A DNA stretch of 56,360 nt, taken from an uncultured Rikenellaceae bacterium. Its GTDB lineage: Bacteria > Bacteroidota > Bacteroidia > Bacteroidales > VadinHA17. Location: the NCBI GenBank assembly GCA_964637415.1, contig CAZWUB010000002.1:15385-71744 (forward strand), read 5' to 3'. A program made the translations under genes and the position numbers. Positions within the stretch are counted from its first letter, which is position 1, and each line of letters opens with the position of its first letter. Below the pieces are notes generated by a model. The model did not search any database and had not been told where the DNA came from. It was given only the letters and a program-made list of their open reading frames with translations. Positions 30,801-38,461 of this stretch are shown here, one piece after another.

Positions 30801-30961
30801 GCATTTTTGGTAACGAAACAGATACTTACTGGGTCAATACTTTAGTTTTGTGGTTTATAACCCTGTCAACATACTTCCTGCTGTATTTCAGGGTACTCAG
30901 AAAGATCCTGGATTCAGGTGACGCTGCAATGGGTAAAAAACATAAATCTTCAATATCATAA
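27887..30961 (+). CDS. ABCG/White-type ABC transporter (fused ATPase + ABC-2 permease) with N- and C-terminal extensions
   Basis: 1024-aa ORF with Walker A GASGAGKST, signature ISGGQRKRL, Walker B ILFLDEPTSGL and H-loop VIHQPS. A multi-helix membrane domain follows, then an extra terminal TM helix. Confidence 0.85.
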   Translation: MSEKILEILMQLFAIIAKPQADDSERRGVVEAFLNRTISQDLIKVYLAKYDEAYEEAKKRLERVSPKRREGAIAVRIWRLCVEINEQGRLDHEQRIFAVIQALEFCKSGDREISEMELGFIRTLAEGLNIKKEEYSLIEVFVLSHFSEIPDSPNFLLIDGNKSAVLKETKHIYKELLRGQIWVLYIPSVNIYFLRYQGSGELSMSVQLLREDKVYPFSEGSSIRGYKLKPIYYWDVTMQFLMEEFQSSRVVYEVRNLEYRFKSGEVGIHHVSFKAESGRMVGIMGASGAGKSTLLSVLNGSNQPSDGEVLINGVNIYRDKEKIKGLIGFVSQDDLLIEELTVFENLYYNAKLCFGNINDSEVVERVDNVLKNLGLYEIRNMKVGTPLNKKISGGQRKRLNISLELIREPSILFLDEPTSGLSSRDSENILDLLKDMTRKGKLLFIVIHQPSSDIFKMFDKLIILDTGGYPVYNGNPVESIDYFKKKIEQTNCNESECYVCGNVNPDQIFNILETRVYTESGQPTDTRRISPADWYNLYKSEKKEDELEPGGAIPEINFKIPCRLKQLIVFIKRDILSKVSDIQYLLITFFEAPVLAFFLAYLIRYFDESDPNPGYTLYENANLPIYIFMSVIVAIFMGLTVSAEEIIKDRKILKREAFLNLSWNSYLMSKVFVQFGISAIQALTFVLVGNHITGIKGMLPEYWLILFTCWAGANMMGLVISDSFKAVVTIYILIPFLVIPQIILSGVLVKFEKLNPNVSSPVSIPFYGEMITARWGYEALAVKQFRDNEYEKRFYVYDKAMSQAKFKKDYLHAELKGRLESIASDIERGVMNEDSYSKLKLVYNEFTKQAHQTPDLKFKSLEYLKPDKVSPGIVADALSYCEDMRKYYVAYSNKAKEKKDALISGLQSENSKAFLELRDKYANEALEEFVVNKNETEKIIEFRDEIVQKLDPIYMNPEHNFVKAHFYSPVKRIFGNETDTYWVNTLVLWFITLSTYFLLYFRVLRKILDSGDAAMGKKHKSSIS

Positions 30962-30964
30962 CAA

Positions 30965-30994
30965 AACGGGCTGCATCAGATGAAACAGCCCGTT
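30965..30994. terminator. hairpin between the convergent ABC transporter and siaC genes
   Basis: Perfect 9-bp stem AACGGGCTG / CAGCCCGTT with a 12-nt loop. Confidence 0.5.
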
Positions 30995-31025
30995 CAGGTA
31001 TTCTTAACAGATTAAAATATTATAC

Positions 31026-31406
31026 TCAATCGCTTATCTCGATCATCTTGAAAGGCACGCGGATAATTGATTCATAATCTTCTCCTGCTTCAAGCATATC
31101 CTCATCGTCTTCCTCATAATACCAGTTTACCTCCACTTCATTTTTGGATTTGTGAATTGCTTCAAGCTTTTTGAAAACATCAAGTATACACTTCGAGGAA
31201 CTTGTATTAAAGTATTCGAGCCGGATATTGACAACAGTTTTATCAAGCGGTGATTCCTTATAACTATCAAGCCAGTCTACCAGTGGCTTGTAGAATTCTA
31301 CCGAGTTTTCAGGAATTGAACGACCTTTTATTTCAAATACTCCTTCTGATTTATCAAATTTTACAGTTGGTGTTTTCGGTGTTCCTTCGATTATTATCGG
31401 TTCCAT
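31026..31406 (-). CDS. siaC: DUF1987 / SiaC-family regulatory phosphoprotein
   Basis: 126-aa ORF. IPENSVEFYKPLVDWL and LEYFNTSSSK match SiaC as I recall it from Pseudomonas aeruginosa. Confidence 0.8.
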   Translation of the reverse strand: MEPIIIEGTPKTPTVKFDKSEGVFEIKGRSIPENSVEFYKPLVDWLDSYKESPLDKTVVNIRLEYFNTSSSKCILDVFKKLEAIHKSKNEVEVNWYYEEDDEDMLEAGEDYESIIRVPFKMIEISD

Positions 31407-31440
31407 TTCAGTAAGATTTATGATTTGTTTAATAATTTTT

Positions 31441-31998
31441 TTAATTATCCTGGTTTACTAATATATCCAGGTAGAAAAAAGAATATTTCTCGTTGTATTC
31501 TTTGAAAGTATATACAAGTTTATTTCCTGTTTTCCGTGCAATATCAACCAGTCCGAGTCCTCCCCCGCCCTTTTCGGATATACGCTGATGATTCAGGATA
31601 AATTTATAAAGCTCCTTGATCTCGTCATGACTCGACCGGTTAATTTTATTGATCTTTTCCTGCAGGATATCAACATGATCGGCCCTGACAAAATTCCCTG
31701 TAATTATCTTATACCCGTCCTCAACTTTCGCAATCTTCAGCAATCCGAATTTCTCTGAATTCTGATCCTCAAAATCCTCCGGCACTTTATCAACGTGATG
31801 ATAAAGATTCTGAAGACTCTCAACGAGTACATTATAAACTTTCTTTCTCAGCTTTGCCTGTTCATTGACTTCCACAAGCTTATATTCTACTGTATCAAGA
31901 ACATGATTGATCACATCAGAATCTACATTACCTTTATAATAAAGGATAACATTACTTTCAGGCTGATCTTTCAGGTAAGTCTCGACATCAAAGCTCAT
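31441..31998 (-). CDS. siaB: SiaB-family GHKL-type protein kinase
   Basis: 185-aa ORF with N-box-like ESLQNLYHH and glycine-rich GGGGLGLVDIARK. It lies 34 nt upstream of the SiaC-like gene. Confidence 0.65.
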   Translation of the reverse strand: MSFDVETYLKDQPESNVILYYKGNVDSDVINHVLDTVEYKLVEVNEQAKLRKKVYNVLVESLQNLYHHVDKVPEDFEDQNSEKFGLLKIAKVEDGYKIITGNFVRADHVDILQEKINKINRSSHDEIKELYKFILNHQRISEKGGGGLGLVDIARKTGNKLVYTFKEYNEKYSFFYLDILVNQDN

Positions 31999-32037
31999 AT
32001 AAGCTTTATTTTGAAAAAATCTAAATTTCTATGCTGA

Positions 32038-32045
32038 CAAATATA
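32038..32045 (-). promoter_or_regulatory. candidate -7 box TATATTTG (minus strand) upstream of siaB
   Basis: Plus strand reads CAAATATA, about 40 nt upstream of the siaB ATG. Confidence 0.35.
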
Positions 32046-32146
32046 ATAAAAATATAAAGTTACCAAATTATAACTTGTTCACAACATAGATTTTAATATT
32101 AACCGCGATTTTTGATCAACGTGGAATTATAAGGGGTTGAGAGTTT

Positions 32147-33304
32147 TTATTTTGTTGATTTGTTCTCTCTTGTCTGCTTCCATGAACCTTCAAATAGCTC
32201 ATATCCCACAAGAGTGCATTCAATAGCTCCGTTGTATAGTTTATGCTTTGCCACAGGTTTTAGACCAATATTTTTCAGATGTTCTTTGTCAGAGGTAATG
32301 ATCCAGGCTTTATTCCCGGGGAATTTATGCTTAAGCGTTGATCCTATCATGCTGTATATCCCGCTGATATCATCCGGTCGGATCCTCTGCCCGTAAGGAG
32401 GGTTCATAAAAACATAACCATTGCTGAATTCCGGTTTAACACTCATGAAATCTGACATTTCAAGTGAAACCTGACCTGCAAGACCTGCTTTTTCAAGATT
32501 AGCCCGGGTAAGCCGGACAGCTGAAGAGGATATATCACTTGCATTTATAATTGCTGAACTTTTTCTGATTCCGGAATCGGCTTCATTTTTTATTCTGCCG
32601 AACATCCGGCTGTCGAAATCTTTCCACCGGCAGAAGCCGAATGAAGTTCTGAACTTACCGGGGGGAATATTATTTGCCATCAGGGCTGCTTCGATTGGAA
32701 TTGTTCCTGATCCGCACATCGGGTCAAGAAGCGGATCTGAACAATTCCATCCCGATAAATTAATTATCCCGGCTGCCAGTACTTCGTTAAGAGGAGCCGG
32801 ACCCTGGTCCGTCCTGTATCCGCGCTTATAAAGAGGAATAGCTGAAGAATCAAGTGATACTGTCACCCGGTCATTGCTTATATGAAGGTTAACAATCACA
32901 ACCGGATCTGAAGTATCAACAGAAGGTCTTCTGCCTCTCTTCATCCTGAAATAATCAGCAATTGCATCCTTTAATACAAGGCCCGGGTACCCTGTATGTC
33001 CGAAAAGGGGTGAATTAACTACCGCAACAACTGAAAATGTATCATCTGCATCCAGATATTCCGACCAGGATATCTTAAGGGCTTTAGAGTAAAGATCCTC
33101 CCTTGATTCTATTCTGAACTCACTTACCGGCACAAGTACCGACATTGCTGTTCTTGCACAATAATTGACCCTGTACAAAGTATCTTTGTCCCCGGAAAAC
33201 AATACTGCCCGGTTTGCAGGTCTGATATCTGATGCTCCAAGCTCTTCAAGTTCTTTTGCCAGAACACTTTCAAGACCATAAAGGGTTTTTGCAGTTAAAT
33301 TCAT
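32147..33304 (-). CDS. THUMP-domain class I SAM-dependent RNA methyltransferase (RlmL/YpsC-like)
   Basis: 385-aa ORF with an N-terminal THUMP-like region, DPMCGSGTI SAM motif and NPPYG motif IV. Confidence 0.85.
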   Translation of the reverse strand: MNLTAKTLYGLESVLAKELEELGASDIRPANRAVLFSGDKDTLYRVNYCARTAMSVLVPVSEFRIESREDLYSKALKISWSEYLDADDTFSVVAVVNSPLFGHTGYPGLVLKDAIADYFRMKRGRRPSVDTSDPVVIVNLHISNDRVTVSLDSSAIPLYKRGYRTDQGPAPLNEVLAAGIINLSGWNCSDPLLDPMCGSGTIPIEAALMANNIPPGKFRTSFGFCRWKDFDSRMFGRIKNEADSGIRKSSAIINASDISSSAVRLTRANLEKAGLAGQVSLEMSDFMSVKPEFSNGYVFMNPPYGQRIRPDDISGIYSMIGSTLKHKFPGNKAWIITSDKEHLKNIGLKPVAKHKLYNGAIECTLVGYELFEGSWKQTRENKSTK

Positions 33305-33466
33305 GCTGAAATTTTACAGGATTGTGATTTCCAAAGGTAAGTAATTGCTGTCGTCCATATACTTTAAATACATCTTTTATTTATTACAAAACAGTTTTCA
33401 AAATTTATCGTTTCTTTACAAACGGATATTTTAACAGGAAATAATAAACAGAAAAAAATTATACAA

Positions 33467-33895
33467 ATGAAAAATAAACAAGTCATCCCGGGGATCATTA
33501 TCACAGCAATGTTGCTTCTTCTTATGTCATGTGAAAAGGAAAAGCCTCTTGGCGAAGCAATAATAGGAAAATGGGAGGTAGAATCAATGAGGTTGATCAC
33601 CTATGAAAGCAATGTGAAAAAAGCAGAAGCAACAGTATATCTCGAAGCTAATGAAATGAGATACCAGTTTATTGACGGAGGTTCGGGTATTTTCTGGGAT
33701 GAAGATGAAGATTACCTGTTTTCCTGGACACTTGCCGGAAGCCAGTTAACAATCAGCGATCTGTTTGAAGAAGATTTGGTTGCCACTGCATCAGTTGATG
33801 GTGATGTTCTGACATGGACCTACAAGGAAAATGATCCTCAGATCCCAGCCAGGTCGTATGAGTCTGTTATGACTGCAAAAAGAATAAGCAAGTAA
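33467..33895 (+). CDS. lipocalin-like domain lipoprotein
   Basis: 142-aa ORF with lipobox LLMSCEKE followed by the GKWEV start typical of small lipocalin-like lipoproteins. Confidence 0.55.
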   Translation: MKNKQVIPGIIITAMLLLLMSCEKEKPLGEAIIGKWEVESMRLITYESNVKKAEATVYLEANEMRYQFIDGGSGIFWDEDEDYLFSWTLAGSQLTISDLFEEDLVATASVDGDVLTWTYKENDPQIPARSYESVMTAKRISK

Positions 33896-33938
33896 TCACA
33901 ATTCCATTAATCCGGATCAGACAGCCAGGCTATACCTG

Positions 33939-35540
33939 TCACCTGTTCCCGAGAATCTTATTATATCGCTCCCTGCTGGAGATAACTTTCAATGCTTCCG
34001 CAATAACATTATCTTCCTCATTTATAATGCGGAAATATTCATTTGTCTGCCATATATTATTTGCCAGCAATGCTTTGAGAACAAGAAGTATCTCCTTCTC
34101 CGATTTTTTATACTGGTCCTGGTTGAATTTCACACCAGCGTCCTCTCCTTTTTTAATAAATGATGCCAGATCTTCTTCTGAAAACCTGAATTTATTTTTA
34201 AACTCATCAAATGTTTTAAAACTTCCGTTGATCGCTGATCTTTTCTTATCGGCATATTCAAGCATGAATGTATTGAATATTCCGCGTCTCACGAGGGTTC
34301 TGTAATAATCTGAGTAATTTGAAGTATCAACAGCAACAAAAACATCCGGCATTATTCCGCCTCCGCCATAAACTGTCCTTTGATTTACAAGTGTTTTGTA
34401 TTTGAGTGAATCGGGGAAATGGACACTGTCGGCAGACATCATTTCTCCATCGACAAACCTTCTGCTGTAATTTTCGATGTATTTTTCATATCCCTCACTG
34501 TAGGAACTCTGTATCAGGCGTCCTGAGGGGGTGTAATAGCGTGCAATTGATAATCTTATCATAGAACCGTCGGGCAGGTAATAGGCATTCTGAACCAGAC
34601 CTTTACCGAATGTCCTTCGACCGATTATTACACCTCTGTCCCAGTCCTGAACCGCTCCGGCCACAATCTCACTTGCTGATGCAGAACCATCATCAGTAAG
34701 TATAACCAGCCGTGCAGAAGAAAGGTCTCCTGATCCGGATGCCTTATAATCCTGTCTGGGTGTTTTTCTCCCTGAAAGATATACAAGCAGTTTTTCATCC
34801 GCAAAGAAATGGTTAACGAGCTGAGTGGAGGCTGTCATATAACCACCGCCATTACCTCTCAGATCAATAATGATATTCTTCATGTTGCTCTTCTTCAATC
34901 TGCCAAGGGCATCTGAGAATTCTTTATCTGTTGTAGCGGCAAACTTATTGAATCTCACATAAGCTGTCTCCCTGTCAAGCATGTAAGCTGCATCGAGACT
35001 GTTAATCGGAATTTTATCACGTGTGATCGTAAAATCAAGAATATTCTTTTCTCCTCTTCTGGCTACATTTATATTGACAATAGTGCCCTTAGGGCCCAAC
35101 AGACGGCTTCTTACGCCGTTTGTCGATATACCGGTACCCGCCACGTTCTCACCATTTATTTTAATTATCCTGTCTCCGGCAAGCAATCCAACCTTTTCCG
35201 AAGGGCCACCCGAGATAGGTTCGACAACAATTATGGAATCACTGAGAATATTGAACTGAATCCCTATGCCTTCAAAATTGCCCAGAAGAGGTTCATTCAT
35301 ATCTCTCACATCTTTTGCAGATATATATGTTGAATGCGGATCGAGTTCCCTTAGCATCTCGATTATCACTTTTTCAGTAAGCTTGCCGATATCCAGAGTA
35401 TCAACATAATTTGCTTCAATAAGATTCAGCGTCCTTCCTATCTTGAATGTTTCTTCAGTCAGCACCTGGGCTGAAACATTTTGTAACAAAATGCACAACA
35501 CTGTATATAATATTGTTTTGCGCATATTACGTATTTTCAT
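33939..35540 (-). CDS. S41 family carboxy-terminal processing peptidase
   Basis: 533-aa ORF with a PDZ segment (GGPSEKVGLLAGDRIIKING), IIDLRGNGGG and SASASEI motifs. Confidence 0.9.
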   Translation of the reverse strand: MKIRNMRKTILYTVLCILLQNVSAQVLTEETFKIGRTLNLIEANYVDTLDIGKLTEKVIIEMLRELDPHSTYISAKDVRDMNEPLLGNFEGIGIQFNILSDSIIVVEPISGGPSEKVGLLAGDRIIKINGENVAGTGISTNGVRSRLLGPKGTIVNINVARRGEKNILDFTITRDKIPINSLDAAYMLDRETAYVRFNKFAATTDKEFSDALGRLKKSNMKNIIIDLRGNGGGYMTASTQLVNHFFADEKLLVYLSGRKTPRQDYKASGSGDLSSARLVILTDDGSASASEIVAGAVQDWDRGVIIGRRTFGKGLVQNAYYLPDGSMIRLSIARYYTPSGRLIQSSYSEGYEKYIENYSRRFVDGEMMSADSVHFPDSLKYKTLVNQRTVYGGGGIMPDVFVAVDTSNYSDYYRTLVRRGIFNTFMLEYADKKRSAINGSFKTFDEFKNKFRFSEEDLASFIKKGEDAGVKFNQDQYKKSEKEILLVLKALLANNIWQTNEYFRIINEEDNVIAEALKVISSRERYNKILGNR

Positions 35541-35559
35541 TTTGATATTATTTTATTTT

Positions 35560-37089
35560 TTATTCCCATTCAATCGTTGCAGGCGGTTTCGAACTGATGT
35601 CATAAACCACCCTGTTGATACCTCTGATCCTGTTAATAATTTCATTTGACACCGCGGCGAGAAATTCGTACGGAAGGCGCGACCAGTCTGCAGTCATGCC
35701 ATCGGTCGAATTAACAGCCCGGAGAACGACTGTATTTTCGTATGTTCGTTCATCACCCATTACGCCAACAGATTGTACCGGCAAAAGGGCAGCTCCTGCC
35801 TGCCATACCGAGTCATAGAGGTTGTTCTTTCTCAGGCTCTCAATAAAAATATAATCCGCCTCTCTCAAAACTTCGAGCTTTATCTCAGTTACTTCTCCCA
35901 GAATGCGGATTGCAAGGCCGGGACCCGGAAAAGGATGTCGTTTCAGAATAAGATCGGGAAGACCGAGAACATTACCCACTTTTCTGACCTCGTCCTTAAA
36001 TAAAAGACGTAAAGGTTCGACTACCTTAAGATGCATCTTTTCCGGTAAACCGCCAACATTATGGTGTGACTTGATTGTTGCTGAGGGTCCGTTAACAGAC
36101 ATTGATTCTATTACATCGGGATAAATTGTGCCCTGGGCAAGCCATTTCACATCCCTAACTTTACGGGCCTCCTCCTCAAAAACATCAATGAAAATCTTAC
36201 CAATTATTTTTCGTTTACTTTCCGGATCGGTGATTCCTTTTAATCCGGCAAGAAATCTCTGTCGCGCATCAATCCCCTTCACATTCAGGCCAAGTCCGAG
36301 ATAGGATTCCAGTACTTTTCCGTATTCGTTTTTCCTCAGGAGACCGTTATCCACAAAAATGCAGGTAAGGTTTTCAGCAACAGCTTTGTGAAGAAGGAAG
36401 GCTGCTACTGATGAATCGACTCCTCCGGAAAGTCCAAGAATGATCCTGTCGTTACCAAGCTGATTTTTCAAAAACCCGATGGTGGATTCTGCAAATGAGT
36501 CAGGTGTCCATGTGCCTGATGCACCACAAATATCAATTACAAAATTCCGCAGGATCTTAATTCCCTCATCAGTATGATAAACTTCGGGATGGAATTGTAT
36601 CCCCCATGTTTGTTCATTATCAATACGAAATGCACCTGCTTTTACATCATTTGTCGATCCTGTAAGCGTATAACCATCAGGCATCGATGTAATTGTATCG
36701 CCATGTGACATCCACACACAGGTTCCGGGAGTCAGACCGGTAAAAAGAGGATCTGAAGTATCAAAATAAATAAGATTAGCCCTTCCATATTCCCTTGCAA
36801 CTGAAGGTAATACTTCTCCTCCGAAACCATGTACAAGATATTGTGCTCCATAGCAAATGCCCAGCAAGGGGATTTTCCCTTTTATCAGTTTCAGGTCAGG
36901 GAGAGGTGCATTACTGTCACGGACTGAAAACGGACTGCCTGAAAGGATAACACCTTTAACGCTGCTTTCCGGTACCGGATAGTTATTATAAGGATAGATC
37001 TCGCAATATACGTTTAGCTCTCTTATTCTCCTGGCAATAAGCTGAGTATACTGAGATCCGAAATCGAGTATGATTATTTTCTCCTGCAA
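35560..37089 (-). CDS. guaA: glutamine-hydrolysing GMP synthase
   Basis: 509-aa ORF with a GATase domain (LGICYGAQ), PP-loop SGGVDSSV and C-terminal PPATIEWE. Confidence 0.95.
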   Translation of the reverse strand: MQEKIIILDFGSQYTQLIARRIRELNVYCEIYPYNNYPVPESSVKGVILSGSPFSVRDSNAPLPDLKLIKGKIPLLGICYGAQYLVHGFGGEVLPSVAREYGRANLIYFDTSDPLFTGLTPGTCVWMSHGDTITSMPDGYTLTGSTNDVKAGAFRIDNEQTWGIQFHPEVYHTDEGIKILRNFVIDICGASGTWTPDSFAESTIGFLKNQLGNDRIILGLSGGVDSSVAAFLLHKAVAENLTCIFVDNGLLRKNEYGKVLESYLGLGLNVKGIDARQRFLAGLKGITDPESKRKIIGKIFIDVFEEEARKVRDVKWLAQGTIYPDVIESMSVNGPSATIKSHHNVGGLPEKMHLKVVEPLRLLFKDEVRKVGNVLGLPDLILKRHPFPGPGLAIRILGEVTEIKLEVLREADYIFIESLRKNNLYDSVWQAGAALLPVQSVGVMGDERTYENTVVLRAVNSTDGMTADWSRLPYEFLAAVSNEIINRIRGINRVVYDISSKPPATIEWE

Positions 37090-37134
37090 CCTGCCTGATT
37101 TTTTTGGAAGTGGACAAATATAGGAATTCTTTAT

Positions 37135-38064
37135 TTAAGGAACGTTAATATTTCCCACATCATAAGTTGTACCATCAACAGCCGCTATTGTCCTCGGGAA
37201 AATCTTCCTTGCCTGGTCGGCAAGAATCCGGATATTCTTATGTCGTGCGGAAAAATGTCCGATTATAAGTGTACCGGCTCCTGCTTCCTTTGCACATTTT
37301 GCTGCACCTGAGCTTGTTGAATGTCCGGTTTTTTCTGCCAGATCGTGGAGAGAATCTTCAAAAGTGGCTTCATGATAGAGAAGCTTAACGTCTCTGACAA
37401 ATGAAGCAAGTCTTTTAAAGTACCTCGTATCGCTGCAATATGCATATGAAAGGGGTTCAGGGCCGGGAATTGTAATTTCCTCATTTCTTATAATTTCTCC
37501 GCTTTCCGTAATAAAATCCGCGCCTTTCTTTATAGCAGGTATCCTTAATGCAGGAATTTTATATTTGTCTATTGATTCAGTCAGAATATTCCTGTCGGGG
37601 ACTTTTTCCCTGAAAATAAATCCGTAGGAAGGCACCCTGTGCTGAAGCGGTAATGAAGTAACTGTCAGATATTTATCATCGAGTATTTTGACCGGATCTT
37701 TTCCTCCGAGGGAAGTGAAATCAATATTAAAGTTAAGATGTATGTCAAAATCGGCAAGATGTGACATCAGTATCTGCATATAATTACCAGGTGCATAGAG
37801 GTGAAGCGGCAGTGTTCTTCCCATCAGGTTGAAAGTGGACAGAAGTCCGTAAAGTCCGAAAACATGGTCGCCATGGATATGGCTGATAAAGACATTGTTT
37901 ATTTTTGCGAATCTGATTTTATTCTTCCGGAGCTGCATCTGTGTACCTTCCCCGCAGTCTATTAAATACAACCGCTCATGTACATTAAGCACATGAGCGG
38001 AGGGATATCTTTCTGATGTTGGCAATGCAGAACTACTGCCAAGTATTGTTAATTTCATCGGCAT
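37135..38064 (-). CDS. rnz: ribonuclease Z
   Basis: 309-aa ORF with metallo-beta-lactamase motif SHIHGDH and the RNase Z-like N-terminus MKLTILGSSSALPT. The start may be the ATG two codons in, at 38058. Confidence 0.9.
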   Translation of the reverse strand: MPMKLTILGSSSALPTSERYPSAHVLNVHERLYLIDCGEGTQMQLRKNKIRFAKINNVFISHIHGDHVFGLYGLLSTFNLMGRTLPLHLYAPGNYMQILMSHLADFDIHLNFNIDFTSLGGKDPVKILDDKYLTVTSLPLQHRVPSYGFIFREKVPDRNILTESIDKYKIPALRIPAIKKGADFITESGEIIRNEEITIPGPEPLSYAYCSDTRYFKRLASFVRDVKLLYHEATFEDSLHDLAEKTGHSTSSGAAKCAKEAGAGTLIIGHFSARHKNIRILADQARKIFPRTIAAVDGTTYDVGNINVP

Positions 38065-38082
38065 TCTGCATTCCTGAGGATC

Positions 38083-38421
38083 TCAGGAAATCATTTTTTC
38101 AGCATCATCGATAGTTCCTGTAATAGTCAGAACAGTATCAAGCTGAGAAATTGTTATCAGTCTTTCAACGGCTTCATTCAGTCCGCACAGGACAAATGTA
38201 CCACCGGCGTTTTTACATAGTCTGTTGGCTACAAGTATGGCGCTCAGACCAGAAGAGTCGCAGTATTGACATTTTTCAAGGTCAAGGATAATATTTTTCT
38301 CACCCTTCCCTGAAATCAGTACAAGTTCAGATTTCAATGCGGGAGCTATATGTGTATCGAGCTTTTCCGACTGGATCTGTATCAAAGTACTGTTATTCCG
38401 GCTTTCAATATTGAAATCCAT
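38083..38421 (-). CDS. STAS-domain anti-sigma-factor antagonist-like protein
   Basis: 112-aa ORF with SpoIIAA-like layout and YCDSSGLS phospho-acceptor context. Confidence 0.85.
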   Translation of the reverse strand: MDFNIESRNNSTLIQIQSEKLDTHIAPALKSELVLISGKGEKNIILDLEKCQYCDSSGLSAILVANRLCKNAGGTFVLCGLNEAVERLITISQLDTVLTITGTIDDAEKMIS

Positions 38422-38461
38422 GTTTGTATAATTTTGATGGTGTTAAAAATAACAAATATTT

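Noticed and set aside
32147-33304. NPPY methyltransferase as a restriction-modification component
   Set aside because: The N-terminal THUMP domain and overall layout indicate an rRNA/tRNA methyltransferase (RlmL/YpsC-like). There is no adjacent endonuclease or specificity subunit.
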